Assembly: GCF_002571385.2 (NCBI RefSeq)
Contig: NW_019217797.1
Location: 861,856 to 925,855, forward strand
Reading direction: 5' to 3'
DNA length: 64,000 nt
DNA from: Stylophora pistillata
Lineage: Eukaryota
A program made the translations under genes and the position numbers. Of this stretch, positions 62,179 through 64,000 are shown in pieces (within the stretch, counting starts at the first letter, position 1; every line of letters starts with the position of its first letter). The notes beneath the pieces were generated by a model. That model searched no databases and was not told the DNA's origin. It was given only the letters and a program-made list of their open reading frames with translations.

Positions 62179-63133
62179 AGCAAGTCGAATTAGAGGATTT
62201 TTTTGTTAAAAAGTAACAAACATGAAAGACAAAACAACCAGTTTATAGGACTTTTGTTTAGATTGTCAGAGCGTCTGTGCAGACAGGGAAGACGAAAAAC
62301 GCGATCGAATTTTAAACTTACAGTTTTTTCAAAGGAAACACGACTAATTAAAATAGATGGACAATGTAGATGACCCTCCTGCTTTTACGTCAGTGATTCA
62401 AAGAAAACGAACTGAGAAACTGCAAACTGCGAAGGTTTAGGGGATAGGGAAAAATATTATTTTTATCCAGAGTTGTTACGCTAAAGAAGAGGGATACAGA
62501 AAAATTGAATTAAAGAAAAACATGTCAATAGATTTTCAAGGAGCAAATTAGAAACTCCAAACTATCATGACATAAAATAAGGACGGTGAATTGCACACCC
62601 ATGTTCGGCTGGAGCCTTTTTAATGTTGTGACTGCATAAAAATGTCTGAGAGGTCCCACGGAAAGCGGAACCCTGTCTCAGTGAACTAATCACAATTTCA
62701 AATCTCAAGCGACGCACTGCAAATGAACGGTTCATTTCACCATGATTATTACATTATCACTGTTGCACGTTATTAACAATAATTTTTAGATCGGCAGCCT
62801 AGAGGAATAACACTATTTTGCCCCGAACATCTGAGGTCCATTTATCTCATGAATAAGCCAACGCCTTTGTGATACACTCTTACAATATATCGATGAGTAC
62901 GAAAAGTTACCAAGTAAGCTATGCCGTGCTTTTGACTGGATTCGTTTTGATACGTTAATAAATTAAAATAAGCACTGATTTAGCAAAAATATAGTTCCTT
63001 TACATACAAATACCGATGACGAAAATATAATAATACATTTAAGCACATTAGTCTAACTTGTTACTGCCTTTTCCATATTCAATTCCAAAATTCGTTATTG
63101 TTTTGAATGAAAATTTGGGTGTCTGACAAACGT

Positions 63134-64000
63134 CTAGGCATCTCTATAAGTGACGGACGAGTCGGCAGGAACAAGACCAACTGCAGAAAAGGAAAGTAAA
63201 AAGAAGTCACAAGGAGGGAAATGTTACCAAGTATCTTCACAATTATATCTCTCACGAGTAGAAGAACCAATCTGCGTATCCAGTCGTGACACAAAAGGAG
63301 AACTTTCTTCACAAAGCAGTGAGTGTTGAACAAGAGATTATTAACTGTTTATAATCTCTTGGTGTTGCATTATGTTCTTGAAGTGTTATATGTACGTTTT
63401 GCTTCCTTTTTGCTTCATCTTCATCTCCATGGATGTTAGTTTTTAAATTTTAACAAATGAAATAAAGGTGGTTCCCAAACGATATCTGAAACTGCGAGTT
63501 TTCATTTTCCATCTGAATGCGAAGGAGGCAAGTTTATCGAAGGTCAAATTCCCCTCCCCCCTCACCCCTCTTATCCTAATCAAAACCGTCACTTTTTTGA
63601 CAAATTATCGCGTTTCTCTTTTAGGAGAAGAGAGAAGGGCCTCGGTTTAACTTACGTTTTTGTTTTCGGACAGAATCCAAGTGTTCTTTTCCGAGAGGGG
63701 CTCCCGCTCCAGGCCTACCCCACATCTTGTCCATGGTCTTCAAATGCTGAGAAAGTCAAAAGAGATGGCGACTCAACCACTAAATAACGCAACAGTCGGG
63801 TATAAATATAATCATTCTGTCGAAAGAAACTCTCAAATATCATGACAGCGAATATACTACAGCAATGAATTTGGAAAGGCTAACGTTTACGGGGTCAGAC
63901 TGGTACGGTTTAGGGATCAACACAAATCTAACCTATACTTAGTACATGGCGTGACAGTCGCGTACCTCTACAGACTTGATTCTCTGTTGTTCTTCACTCT
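63134..64000 (-). CDS. Last three exons of an uncharacterised gene with a WGRPGAGAP motif (CSPP1-like motif, tentative)
   Basis: Exons 64000-63966 (SEEQQRIKSVE|GT), 63746-63656 (HLKTMDKMWGRPGAGAPLGKEHLDSVRKQK) and 63180-63134 (LGLVPADSSVTYRDA*). Splice sites are strong and phases 0 then 1 are compatible. Confidence 0.7.

Overview
AT-rich, intron-containing animal genomic DNA from a draft assembly with N gaps. The repeat families and gene style suggest a cnidarian, probably a stony coral; this is an inference. Spliced by hand, the window holds, in order: the 3' end of LCMT2/TYW4 (+); a tandem pair of an intronless 127-aa uncharacterised gene, one copy frameshifted (+); TRNT1 (+); RalA/B (+); CDK12/13 (-); YAE1 (+, head-to-head with CDK12/13); LANCL (-, with an in-frame TAG in exon 3); a 15-exon Grb7/10/14-type adaptor (+, head-to-head with LANCL); NTF2 (+); and the last three exons of an unnamed gene with a WGRPGAGAP motif (-). 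Mobile DNA includes a short-LTR Gypsy element, a foldback element with a 9-bp TSD, ISL2EU-, Kolobok-, Academ- and Harbinger-like non-autonomous elements, tRNA-derived SINEs with swapped modules, LINE fragments, and several Penelope-type pseudo-LTR fragments carrying minimal hammerhead ribozymes. The strongest leads are five. (1) The Ral-CDK12/13-YAE1-LANCL-GRB block matches human 7p/17q/2q neighbourhoods, suggesting very old microsynteny. (2) The Grb adaptor carries RIAM/lamellipodin-like N-terminal helices. (3) The same gene has a candidate internal promoter for a BPS-SH2-only isoform, at a CpG boundary. (4) A hairpin plus poison NAGNAG sits at a LANCL splice acceptor. (5) The hammerhead copies include a shared U4C variant core.
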